Positions 26,941 to 40,200 of a stretch of DNA of 64,000 nt are shown here, one piece after another. Source of the stretch: Mytilus edulis (Eukaryota); NCBI RefSeq assembly GCF_963676685.1, contig NC_092350.1, positions 62,062,001 through 62,126,000 of the forward strand, in the 5' to 3' direction. A program made the translations under genes and the position numbers. Each line of letters starts with the position of its first letter. Positions within the stretch are counted from its first letter, which is position 1. The notes beneath the pieces are model-generated. The model made no database searches. It saw only the letters and a program-made list of their open reading frames with translations, and was not told where the DNA came from.

Positions 26941-28420
26941 CAGTTGAGTGCAGATCAAGCATTACATGTAGACGGGCCGAAAAAAGTTAACGCGGCGTTT
27001 ACTCGCGTGCGCTTCAAGAAAACGTCGCGTTAACTGTGCGTTAACTCCGATATTTCAGTAGACATAAAAAGTAAACGTGCGTTTACTTTCACGTTTACCT
27101 CCGCGTTAACGAAAAATCGGTGCGTCTTTTAATTTTGTGAAGAGTAAACGGGCGTTTACTTTCGTGTTCACAAATAACAGCAATATTGGACTACAGTTTT
27201 GGTTTGCATCAATTTATATTACCAGCATGTCCTCTATTTATTCAAAATATTGAATCGTAAACAAAACATCAGAAGTTTTCATACCTCAGACTGACTGGTA
27301 TAACAAAATTATTCATGATTGATTTCACTCCCGGTTTTTAGTGGAGTTCGTGTTGTTTCTTTATTATTATTGATAACTGTTGATGTAAATGTCCTCTTGT
27401 TTTGTGAGTCTTTGTTTACTCCTCAGTTTTGATTGTTATTGTCTTATAATGAAAAGTTTTAGAAGTTCTCTTCTTTGAATAGTGTACTGTTAATTTATTA
27501 TTTCGGTTGAGTGATTTCGTGTGTAGCTTAGCATTCTTTGTTTAATTTTGTATTCATGTCTACAACGTGTATTTTTTTCGGACGTCCCCGATATCATTCA
27601 TAATCGTTACGGATAAGTCTGTTTTAATTGACGAGATATGGTACAAATGTTTATACTTATACAAGACCATATCAGTATCCTTTTTTATACAATGTACAAT
27701 TTTCGATTGAACATTTGGCAAAACAGAATTGTAAATCATATAAATCCAATGCAAACAAGGTGAAGAGACTATTAAAAATGGGGAACGAAGCAACGAAAAC
27801 CGTAATGTTTATATCCCATCATATAAAAATATTTTTCCGATGTGTTGGATAACCTATCTATGGGGGGCATCTATCCGCTTTGATTTTTGAATATTTAACT
27901 TTAAAAAAAAGGAAAAATAGCAAGTCTGCAACTCAGTAAAGGTATTGGAACTGATTTTTTGTAATTAATAAGATTTAATATTTCGAATTAAAAGTGATTT
28001 TAAATTGTTCTGGTTAGAAACACATATACGTAAAATCTTAAGATAAAAGTCGTTTTCGTAAAAGAAATGTACAAACACGAAGTTCATTGTTAATTTTCAC
28101 AATCCGTTAACGCGAAAAGTAAACGTGCGTTTACTTTCAAGTGCACGTAATAATATAGTTGTGAAATATGTAGTAAATGCCCGTTTACTTTTAAGTGCAC
28201 GTAAAAATCAACCTGTGAAATCTGAAGTAAACGCCCGTTTACTACTGACTAAACGGACACAGAGTAAACGCGCGTTTACCTGGGTAGACATTAGAAATTT
28301 CCATTTTGATCAAGTTAACGTAATTATAGTAAACGCGAAAATTAAAGTGAACTAGCGGAATATGTGCACGCGGCGTTAACGGGCGTTTACTTTATGTAAT
28401 GCTTGGTCTGCATCCAACTG
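26941..28420. mobile_element. 1.48-kb non-autonomous DNA transposon with TA target-site duplication
   Basis: ta|cagttgagtgcagatcaagcattacat ... atgtaatgcttggtctgcatccaactg|ta; subterminal GTAAACGnGCGTTTAC palindromes at both ends. Confidence 0.85.
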
Positions 28421-29414
28421 TATATGATACGTTTTGTATTTTAATTGAAACACTTTTCACAATGTTATTGCTTTTGTCTGAAGCTTTAATTTTGTTTATT
28501 ATGATGTAAAAACTATATCTATCTTATATACATTATTATATACTTTAACAATAAATTCCATATGACAAAATTAAAATCGTAATCAATCCAAGGTCCCCTA
28601 ATTTTACGCACCAATCTTGAACCACTTCTGTCTCCTGACTGTGTCTTTATTAAAATCGTCGAAAATCCTTTTGCCCAAATATCTTACAGTGTGATAATCA
28701 TTATCATAATTTAAACAGGCAACTTGTTGTGTTTTTATCTATATATGTTCCTTATTCAGAAGTTAAAACATAACGTCTGTTACATTGGCCAAAGAAATGT
28801 GTTGCCTCAGTTTAAAAGCACCCGATTTTACACTCGCCACTGTTAGTGTTGGTTGATCGTGGAATAGCATCACATTGAAGAAAAAGCTGTTAAGTTTATC
28901 TTAGATTGATTTTACATGTAAAAGATACAGATAAGGCTTTTGTGTGGTTGTAGCAATAATTACCCCCTTAAAAAAAAACTGTAAATAAGTCATGTATGTT
29001 CACTGTTGTGACACGTTCTCGGCAAGATGCTATTGCTCATAAAAACGCAAAAACAAATGATCAAGAAACTATACAAATAAAAACAATCAAGAAACTTTTC
29101 TATTTGTACAGCCTCGTTTCGTTTGGTGATGTTTCCCCCAGATATTAAAGTCTCTTCACTCCATAAGGAAATCTTATCTAATTCACCAACAAAAACTGAG
29201 AGATTCGGTCGCATGAACATGATGAACTCGAAAAGTAAAGGGTGTCTCCTACTTTGCATGCACACCACACCATGCAATTTCACCCTTCATATGTAATGAC
29301 ATAAAATTGTTATTTAATGCTTTTTCCTGATAAAAAAAGTGGTGTTTTAAAGTTAACAATTGAATAATAATAATAATATATAAATATGTTTTGATTGATA
29401 AAATAATGAGTTAC

Positions 29415-29471
29415 CTTAATTGAATTCACAATTTCAGCAAATGACAACAAAACAATACAGTTTATAATCAT
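29415..29471 (-). CDS. Orphan or alternative signal-peptide exon, type B (MIINCIVLLSFAEIVNSIK)
   Basis: 57 nt, ATG to AAG|gtaact, phase 0; homologous to the copy 2 first exon 42737-42793, with shared upstream motif ataatcaattttgaatgtgct. Confidence 0.65.
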
Positions 29472-30998
29472 CCTTCTTTCCCGGGTTGCAATGATAGAAT
29501 AAAAATTACGCAAAATGACATTCAAATACGTGGGACAAATTCAATATAAGGTTCTAAATTATTAATGAAAATAATTGCTTGTTTGCCGTGAAGTCATTTG
29601 CTGGTAAAATAATCAATTTTGAATGTGCTAATCATGGATTGAAATACATTGTTTCGATAAGACCAGCAGTTGTTAAAAGTTGTAAAAGAAGACCCCGTCT
29701 ACTTCCGATGTCCTAATACTTAAGTTTTTCCCCAGGGGATCAGAATTAAAGCAACACTTTTACATTTAAGCTTTACTGAACATCAAAATGGGCATTGTAT
29801 ACATGATTAATAGGACAATATGTATTATGTTAAGATGTTTTTATTTAAAATACACAATTCAGAACAATTGTTTTACATCAATAATATCATCAAACTATCA
29901 AACAATATGACCGCTTTCCGAAAACCCAACATACCAGAGTTGAGACATCGCCATTTCTGTTATGTGAAAAATAAACTTCAAAATAGGCTATCATATTGAA
30001 AAAAAGACCACGTCTACTTACGATGAATACTTTTAGAGTTTCGCAAGGGAATCAAAAAATTTTCACTTTTACATTTCAGTTTTACTGATACTGTCTGGGT
30101 TAATTGTGTGTCCTTTTTGTTGTGTTTTTGTTATTTGATTGATTTATGAATTTTTATGAATTTACAATTTATGTGTCTCTGCTTCCTTGATCATTTTTTA
30201 CACTGTATTTTATTTATCGAGATTGGGAGATTATGTGAGTTGTCGTCAAACATGTGTTCATTTAGTCTCAAGTGTGAAACTATAATATCCAATACAAGAA
30301 CATGACAGTTATTGCAGTCTTTGGTGGATTTATCGAAAGTTATTTCCTCGGGCATACAACCTCAATTACATTTTTAAATATCTTGAATATTTAAACCAAA
30401 AAGGTCATCTAAGTGGCAATATGTGTTTTAAAAATTATCAAATAAATGTCATAACAGAATGGTTATTTTTTGAATGTTGAATTAGTTCGATTTCCCTTTT
30501 GAAACTACCTCAAAATCAAGAAACACACAAGATTATGAATGGTGGGAAAACGTAGAACTTTTATTACCAATGGAATAATTGTAAAAGATAATTTACAATG
30601 ATTTTAATCAATCACTTTGATTTATTTAACAGACAAAATATATAGTTGGATATAAGTGCTTGTCTCAAACTAAGTATCGCTAGAGCGGTCACTGTTGTTT
30701 TGTGGTTTGCTTTATGTAAATAAATCACAGTTAAATATGGCGATATTTTAAAAAAATGCAACTCCAAAGATTTGTGTTCAGTTATTACTGCACTGAAGGT
30801 TAAAATATATTAAATAAATCAATTGGCCAAAAAAAAACGCTTATTTTCATATCTGTCACGCTTTAAAAACCGGGTTTCTCATCAATTTAAAAATAATTGC
30901 AGTGTTAATACCGTTATGAACAAATTGTTCCATATCTAAGTCAAAACAAAAATTTAAAGGTAGTTTATTCACATTTTTGTCACAAGTATATTCTATAT

Positions 30999-31246
30999 TT
31001 ATTTCATCATATAAACTTGGAAATCCTGTGCGAACTGAACTTCCTTACACATAACGGTGAAGCTGTTATACAAACGGCACTCTCTTGTTTCTGTAGAAAT
31101 CACGAATACTTTACAGTTCTCAGCCATTTGGCAATACCGTGCACATTCAATTTTACTTCCACATGTCAGGACTGTGTTGGCCGGCGCCGCAAGTATCGTG
31201 TTATTTGTGACCAGCTTATACTGGCCTTGTTTGTAAGGTACATACC
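30999..31246 (-). CDS. Copy 2 PAN/apple-like terminal exon
   Basis: ttttcag|(G)YVPYKQGQYKLVTNNTILAAPANTVLTCGSKIECARYCQMAENCKVFVISTETRECRLYNSFTVMCKEVQFAQDFQVYMMK*. Confidence 0.88.
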
Positions 31247-34200
31247 CTGAAAATGCGTTTAAAGATAAAATAGAAGAAAGGCAAAGTTTATATTCATTTC
31301 CAATGCAATAGGAAAAACTAAATCTTTAAAAAAGTTCAATGAATACAATCGCCTCTTTCAGCTTCAGTGATGAACAGATGAAAATGTTAGTGTATGCAAC
31401 CATTTCAATGTATTTTTTCGCTGAATAGCAAAACACATTCACCTTATTGACGCCTCCAATCTCGTTCATTTTAAGTAAATTAATATCCATCAGTCTTGTT
31501 TTGTGTGCTTTAATTTTTGTATTCTGAATTAATGTGTGCGATATAAGCATCGGTAACTTTTTTTATCGAGTTTATTCAGATTATTATTTATGTTTGCAAT
31601 TATTCTTATTAACCGAAATGAAGTAAAAACTTAATTAATGTGTGCGATATAAGCATCGGTAACTTTTTTTATCGAGTTTATTAAGATTATTATTTATGTT
31701 TGCAATTATTCTTATTAACCGAAATGAAGTAAAAACAATATATTGGCATTATCCAATTAATATACGATAATCAATCGAAATAGAAAGAAATAAATGAATT
31801 AAAATTGTGCACTAAAATATCATTTTACCGCAGTATATCAGGACAACACAGAAAAGAAAATGAAATCTGATACAACGCTTTGATTGAAATAGGGATTTGT
31901 TTTAATCATATTTGGCCAGGTTACAGAAATTTACAAAGTTTATTAATAAGATAAGTTGATGGCGGAATTGAGTACTGTTAAATACTGATTTAAAATTAGA
32001 GAAAACAACAGTGGCAACAGCCGAGGTCATGTAAAATGTTTAGTCGTCACTTTTCCTCAATTCTCACATTAATAAAAGATTCAATTCTGTGAAAGTATGT
32101 ATTGGTCACTCTTATTTGGAAACTATAACTGTTGTGTATGTACTCATTCAGGTGAATAATTGATAATAAACAGAATAACACTATCGTTTTCATTTTAACC
32201 GTGATATTAGAAATGAAGATAATTGAATAATGATTTACAACATGATTTACAAGGAAGCTATTAAATCAAGAGTTCAAAATGGTGAAGTTGAAATCATTTC
32301 TTCGTAAATTTTACGGACGCAATCACGAGTTGGTTGACCGTTATGGAATAACTGTTTCACAAATGATATCGGATATGTTCCTTACGTCGTAACTAAATTC
32401 CCCTTCACTTTCATGAATGTGGCCTACCGAATTAGACTATTTACCGGATTTGTTATCTCATAAGCAACAAGACGGGCGCCACATGTGGAGCAGGATCTGC
32501 TTACCCTCCCGGAGCACCTAAGATCACCCCTAGTTTTTGGTGGGGTTCGTGTTGTTTATTCTTTAGTTTTCTATGTTGTGTCATGTGGACTATTGTTTGT
32601 CTGTGTGTCCTTTTCTTTTTTAGCCATGGCGTTGTCAGTTTATTTTCGATTTATGAGTTTGACTGTCCCTCTGGTATCTTTCGTCCTTCTTTTACACCAG
32701 CATTTTCCATATTTAGCGAGCAACCTTTCTAAAAAAGTTCATGCAAAATCCACAATCAGTTAACATACCTGTTTCATACACTGATAACCTCCATCCACCC
32801 CCACATATCTGTTCAGAATCACCAACACACTCCCGATTACAATCATAATCCTTTATGTGATAATCACTTACATCTTCAGGACCGTACTGATACGGGTCAT
32901 CACCACAATGACATTCCGCTCTATTCTACAAATAATCAAATATGTTGGTTTTTTTTTTTTTTTTTTTTTTATTCAGGTGAATAGTTTGTACGTTAAAATC
33001 AAACAAGACAGTTGATGAAAGCGATAGTTAGGACTAAATGTGGATTTTGAAAAGAATTTCTGCACATATGACTGGAGCCTTGATCATGCTGATTGCCTTT
33101 TGTAAATTCACATTCAAATTCATAGCGATTGCAAGATCTTGTTGAGCGTGGGGTTGGTTCAGGGTGCTCTTTGATATTATTTCTCAATCGAAGACAAAGT
33201 AAGTTATCTTAGGCCGTGTTCATACCAAATGTCATGTACAGTAATCATGTTTACAATTTGTTTAATGTAATGTACACTGGATTCACATTGAATTTGTTCA
33301 CATCTATTCACTAGGTTTAATTACATGTAAACGAGATTTGTTCACTCTTGTTAACTATTTGCCATTTGAATGCTCATTACATAGAATCGAATTTAAATTT
33401 CTCGGACAACTTTTCTAGTAATTGGGAAGCTACCATTTGATTTTTGGAGCCGGCTGAGAAATAATTTAAAAAAAAAATCAGATGTTTGCAAACAAAAAAA
33501 GGAGGATGACAATGTAAGTAAAAAAAAGTCAGGATAAACTAATAAATCAATGCAGAACCGAATAAAAAAAAGGCAGGACAGCGATAACAACTTCAAAAAA
33601 GCAAGACAAAATGTTACCGGATCTTAGATACTGGCCAAACAATACAATTTACGCACACTCATTTTAGTAATACATTTATGAGTAAATTGTTAATTGAGTG
33701 AAGGCCAGTGATAAATATTTCTGTGTACGTTCAAAAGATTCAGAAGACATTTCAAAATGAACTATGTGTTTGGCAATGATGATGCGTTGAGTCTTGATGA
33801 GGGGTTAATAAAGCTATCTAAAGTTGATTTTATTTATTATAACAAAGCAATACATCTAGTTTAGCAAATGTTTAGAGATTTAATTCGGTAAAAACTTGAT
33901 TAATAATTATTATAAATATCCATTTTATTCAAGCAACGTTTCCTTTTTCATGGTAAAATTCATGTTCTAAGTACCTTGTTGCGTGTACACTTAACTCACA
34001 CAAGCCCTATATTGACTATCGACTGCATGTAGTCAACACATGATTTAAACTACATGTAAACATTGAGTTTTATCAATGGAAACACACATGTGTATAGTTT
34101 AGGTGTGAATTACACAAACACAACAGCAAGTTTATGTATATGTGAGAAAAAAAAATATAAAACACAAATATATTGAACTCTGAGGAAAATTCAAAACGGG

Positions 34201-37200
34201 AAGTCCCTAATCGAATGACAAAATCAAATGATAAAACACATCAAACGAATGGACAACAACCGTCATATTCCTGACTTGCTTGGTACAATCATTTTCAAAT
34301 GTAGAAAATGGTGGATTGAACCTGGTGTTATAGCGCTAAACCTCTCACTTGTATGACAGTCGCATCACATTCTTTTATATGTTCTACGATGCGTGAACAA
34401 AACAGACATAATAGGTAAAATTGTCCAAATAGGAGTACAGAAGTCATCACCGTGTCATAATCTCAATTAGAACCAAAACAAACAAATATTTAACAAAGAA
34501 GCACAAAAAAAGCATCTATCAAATTTAACAACCACATTCATTGCTAACTTATATATGTATTGTAAATCAACCCAAAAAGGACAGAAATATTTGAAGTCAT
34601 GTGACTGAATGGCAAGGTTCACATCAACTCTAGTGTAGATTCGCGTGTTTGACGTCAGAATGTACACGTCACACAGGAAAAGATATAAAATAATGTTGTC
34701 GTTCAGAGTATTTTCAAAATTATAATAGAATAATAACTTAAAACATTGTTGTGACGTCATTCTATTGTTTACCCGTTCTTTATTTCAGTGATTGGATTAT
34801 AATTGACCAGTAAGAAACCACTATGTTACCTTTAACTGTCCAATATTTTAAAGTATAGCCCTCCTCCTTCTTGAAAATATTGGACAGCTAAAACGTTCCC
34901 CAAATGTTCCTGGAACGTTTCTGTTTCGTTGTCAAAACTTTGCGATTTAACGTTGTGGGAACGTTAAAGTGTGGACTATCAGTAACGTTGTAAGAATTTT
35001 GTGATATAACGTTATGAAAAAACAATTTGGAACCTTTAGAGAACCTTGTGTAACTAATCTGGAACCTCGAAAGAACCTTGCGTAAACAATATGTAACATT
35101 TATAAAACCTTGTGTAACCAATCTGGAACCTTTATAAAACCTCGTGTAACCAATATGGAACCCAAATTTAACCTAGACTAACAGGTACAATAATGGTCTA
35201 ACGTATCTACATGCATTGGTCCAACGTTGTTTTTTTCTCCATCTTCCAGGAAATGCTTGTAAATTTTGCCCCTGAACGTTTAAGCAACCAACAATCAAGC
35301 AATATTTCTCCATGTAACAATGTTTTCTTAAATAGTGAACACAAAGGTATGAATATACATAATTTATTTTAGCTAGACAACCAGCAAATTGTTAAAAGTT
35401 TAATTTTATGTGTCTACACGTTACTAAATCAGGTCTAGAATGAAAATTATAAAGTCTATTCCTGATAATTCATGACTGTAAATGTAATTCACTTCATACA
35501 ATTATTTTCCTAGCTCTGTATTCTAACATGGTTTTTATTAAACAAGAGTGTTCCTTTTGTTTTCTGCTACACTCTCTTTTGTCACTATTTGACAGAATGG
35601 ACTGTTAAAGCCTTATATCCTTTACATAATGGCATTATAATATACACATGGAAAAAAGTATTGCAACACCAAATTCAAATTAAAGAAACATTCTTTATTT
35701 TTTTGTAATATAATTTGTTGAAATAGAACTAGTTAAACATTACTTAAATCTCACCTAAGTTTAATCAATAAATTTCGACTCGATCAGTTCGTATCTGCAC
35801 ATGCAGCCACTGCACCCGTAAACAATAAAACAGATGTTTTATCTTAATTTTTTAAACACTTTAAATAACCAAGTTCATAAAGTTATGTGATTTACAGTTT
35901 GTAAATGGTCCTCCATAACTCTTAACTGCAGCAAGATGGCAGATTATCAGCATGAGAGAAGCAAGTGTGTCGCTGTGAAAATTGAACTTATTGTTTGTAA
36001 TCACCATTCTACTATAAGTCCTTTTGAGAATACAAAATAGGCAACAAACGATGTTAAAAACCTTCCGAGATCAAGAAGACCACCTATGACATCTGCTGGG
36101 CAAAATCATGCATAATGAAGGTTGGTCAGAAGGAAACCCATTGCAAACAATACAATTCTAAAAAAAGAGAGGTTGCCATACAGGAGACTTTAAAAAAGAA
36201 CTGTTCGAGAACGACTCATTGCTACTGGATATAGTGCGATAAGACCATTTGGGGACCTTTGCTTACAAACAGACATACAATGGCCCGTATACAATGTAGT
36301 GCAGAGATCGTCAAAGTTGGAAATTAGCATCGTGGAGGAAGACCGATTGTTTCAATCTTTTTTGGCCCGATTATAGCCCGGATTTTTGAACCATATCGAG
36401 CATATATGGGACACTATTGGGCGTAAAGTGCGCGAAAGGACACCCCTAGTTCAAACACGTCATGAAATATACAATGCCCTTCATCAGGAATGGTTGCGGT
36501 TACCTCAGCAACAAATAAGTCGACTGGTGACAGAAATCAAAAGACGCTTAGACATGTTAAAGGCGGTTATCCGTTTGAATGGAGGCTACTAATTCTTTGG
36601 CGTATAACGATCAACGATGATGTCAACAATCATCATAAGATTAATTTTGAAATGTCTGACATTGTAAAATTCGACTGCAGTAAAAGTTGTAAAATGCATT
36701 TTTTTGTACAAAAAATACTTCATTTCGTTATGAAAATTGTGGTTAGATAAAAGATCTTTTTCTTGCATTTTTTTATTCGTTTTAATGCCAATGTTATCAT
36801 TAACTATGTTTCAATATTATTTTACAAATATTTCATCATATTCTATCCAAAATACCAGGCTGATTTTTCAAGGTTTAAAAAATCAAGGTGTTGCAATATT
36901 TTTTTCCATGTGTATAGAACAGTAACATAATGGCATTATAATAGAGTTCCCAATTAAGAGGAGGTCAAATGTAATATAGAATGAGCTTTAAAAAAATCGT
37001 GTGTGTTTGGACACATTTATTTTCATATTATATAGAAAATATATAAATTTGGTCGTAAAAAATAATGACACTTAAAATTAAGAATGGAAATGGAGAATGT
37101 GACAAACAACTACCCGACCAAAGATAACCACCATTGGGTCTTGAATTCAGCAAGAAAATCCCGCATCTGGCAGCGTGCTTCAGCTGGTCACTAAACAAAT

Positions 37201-40200
37201 ACGACTGTATTAGTTAAGAGAAAATTGAAGACATACTAAATTTGAGTTGAGGATATATATAAATAAACTCAACTTAAAAATCTTACAAAACTAACACGGA
37301 TCAGAGTCTAATCATTAATGTTTAAATGTTCTAAATAATTTGCCCCCCCCAAAAAAGCACAATTTCTTTAAAACATAAACAAGTCTGTTTATGTTTTAAA
37401 TAAATTGTGCTTTTTTTGGCGGCAAATTATTTAGAAATCGCAAGTTAGATGCGTAACCGCAGAAGGAAGGACAAAACCAGAAGTACATTTTGTTTAAATG
37501 ATAGCCTGCAAAATATTTTTTCAAGACAATTGCAGTACTTTTCTAAAAAATTTAATTTGTTTTCAAATGGATCAATATTTATGTATTATTTTCCTCAATG
37601 TCAATAATCATTTCAAAAATCACTTATCTTTGGAGGATATCACTTGTAATGTGTTGAATATGTTTTTATTTTACATTATTACAACATTACCTCTGTTCCA
37701 GAGTATATGTAGCCCTGTTCTTTACAGTAAAGCAAACAAAAGTTGTTTTCCATATCTGGAGTTTCGTTATCCAACACATATTGATGTGTTAACAGTCTTG
37801 TAAATGAATCAATGAAACATCCAACGTAATCATTGTCATCTGTTCAAAAGAATGTATGCATTAAGTTAACAGACTAAAACGGACAATTAATAAATAACTA
37901 ACTGTGCAATTATTGCCTACCGAGGGTGTTAGATGTTAATCGAAATGTAAACTACTTTTGTAGGTAATGGAAAGGGGGAAAACATAGTATTTGAGTTATA
38001 TATATTTGAAATTAGGTAAATAACAAAAAAATATGTAAACAAATACATTTCATTCCCCTCTCCTAGATCTTGTACTGTCATGAACAATATGTTGCTGATG
38101 TTTTTTGCATAAACAAAGATTAAAAGAGTATCATGTTTTATCATTATACACAGTATCATATCGTGCATATATTATCATTATATATGAAATATCAATTAAA
38201 GGAACTCACCAATCACCTGTACTTGACACTGAAAAAGAAACAGTTTAAATTGAAAAGATAGTTATAGATTATCTAATCGATGATTTGAAATAAGCACATA
38301 TATTTAACGAGTGATCAATCAACCCATTAATTCAAAGAATGCTCAAAGTGCATAAGTAACTTATCACTGTTGTTCGGTCGTCAGTTGAAATTTGTTTTCG
38401 ATATTTGAATTATTTGATTCGTTATATTTTTTAGATTTGCAAGAGGCTTTTTTATGAAAACAATGTAGAAAATGTAAGGAGCTATTTCATGTTTATCTTT
38501 TTCTACGTATTCACAATTTGTTTTGATCCGAAATAATCGACGTTTTGACAACGCCTACTGTTGTACGACGTCAGAGGAGTGAGATAACCACGTTTCCATT
38601 TCATTGAGAAATCAATGTTATTCATTGGAGCCAATGTTATATTGCTATCTAATATATACTAATATGTAGTGAATGCAGATCACTTGTATGTGTAATACCG
38701 TCAACGACAAACGTTCTGCATCAGCCATCCGTCATGATATCGACATCAGTCACTGTTACAAAGGACTCTTATTTGTATAACGTCATTTCACATTAAGATT
38801 AAGTAAGATCTACTTTATAGGTATATAATTTGGCTGTTACAATATAACACTCTGTATCATCCCTGAACTAATGCAAACCTATCGAGTAAAGCTCCTTAGA
38901 TTATATTGGTGTCTCGGGTTGAAATAAATGTGATATTTAACAAGCTATATGATATTCTCTATTGATAGTATGTCTTTTCATTGCATGTGCTTGATATTTC
39001 AATCTAAGGAAGCTAAATGCATAAAAAACAATGTAACATTAGAATATAAAAAAGTTAAGAACAGGAAAATCCGTAGTTAGTAATCTAATATACATGGATG
39101 TCCCGTAGTATCAGTTGAATTATATGATAAAGTGGATATCATTTCAATTAACAATGTTAATGGTGGTTTTTGTCCATGGATTTATGAGTTTGAACAGCTG
39201 TATACTACTGTTGCCTTTATTTAACCATATTGGTGTTCTCTTTACAGATTCTTCAGAGACAGGCTTTTCTAAATTGGCTAATTTATTATAATTTCTTATA
39301 AAGATAATCCAAGTCGTTTACTATGTTCATATGTTCTAATATGGGTCACGGTCCTTACGATTCCTGTACAAATTGCATTTAAACTATTGCAGGAAAAAAC
39401 TGAATTTTTTAACACATTATTCATACAATGTTCATCCAGCCAGATCAAGTAGGTAAATGTAGGCTGTTTAAATGTCAAAAAACAATGTTATACAGTAAAG
39501 GGAACGAAAATTACACTGAATATAGTTTCGTGCATCCGAAGCAATTTATGAATACACCTTCAAAACTCAAACTGCAAAACTCAAAATTTGAAAGACCAGA
39601 ACACATGAAATATTTTGATCTTTCTTCAAAGTCGTTAGGAAAAACACGAAACTCCCACAGATTTAGATTTGAGTTTTTATATAATATAGCAAATCAAGCT
39701 CATACTCTGGCATGTGTATTTGTGGTATCTATCTGTTTGTCGTAAATACTGTCATACATTCGTTTTTCTTTCTTGTAATTGCTACGTTTAGAACGGCGAA
39801 TTGATAGTAAAAGTTAGATTTATAATTGTATAATGTTTCTGAATTTAACCATTAAACTACATCATTGTTTATTTCTTCAACTATGATATTTTTCGAAAAT
39901 TGAATATATACCCAAAATCAATGCACCAAGTATAAAATTGGGTTATTCAAGTTCAATCAACTATTTTAGATAAAATTTATAATACCTGTACCTTACTATT
40001 CTATAAATAAACTTTATTGGAAATTTTTTCAGAAATTAAAATTGCACACAAAAATATAATTTTCCAATCAATTTTATCCTTGGAGATACTTTGTAGCTCA
40101 CCTGGCTCAAAGGGCCAAGTGAGCTTTGCTCATCACTTTGCATCCATCATAGTTCATCGTTAACATTTACAAAAATCTTCTCCTCTAAAGCTAAAATCTT

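Noticed and set aside
26941-28420. CRISPR-like array of palindromic repeats
   Set aside because: Irregular spacing, bounded by TIRs and TA flanks, eukaryotic context, no cas genes
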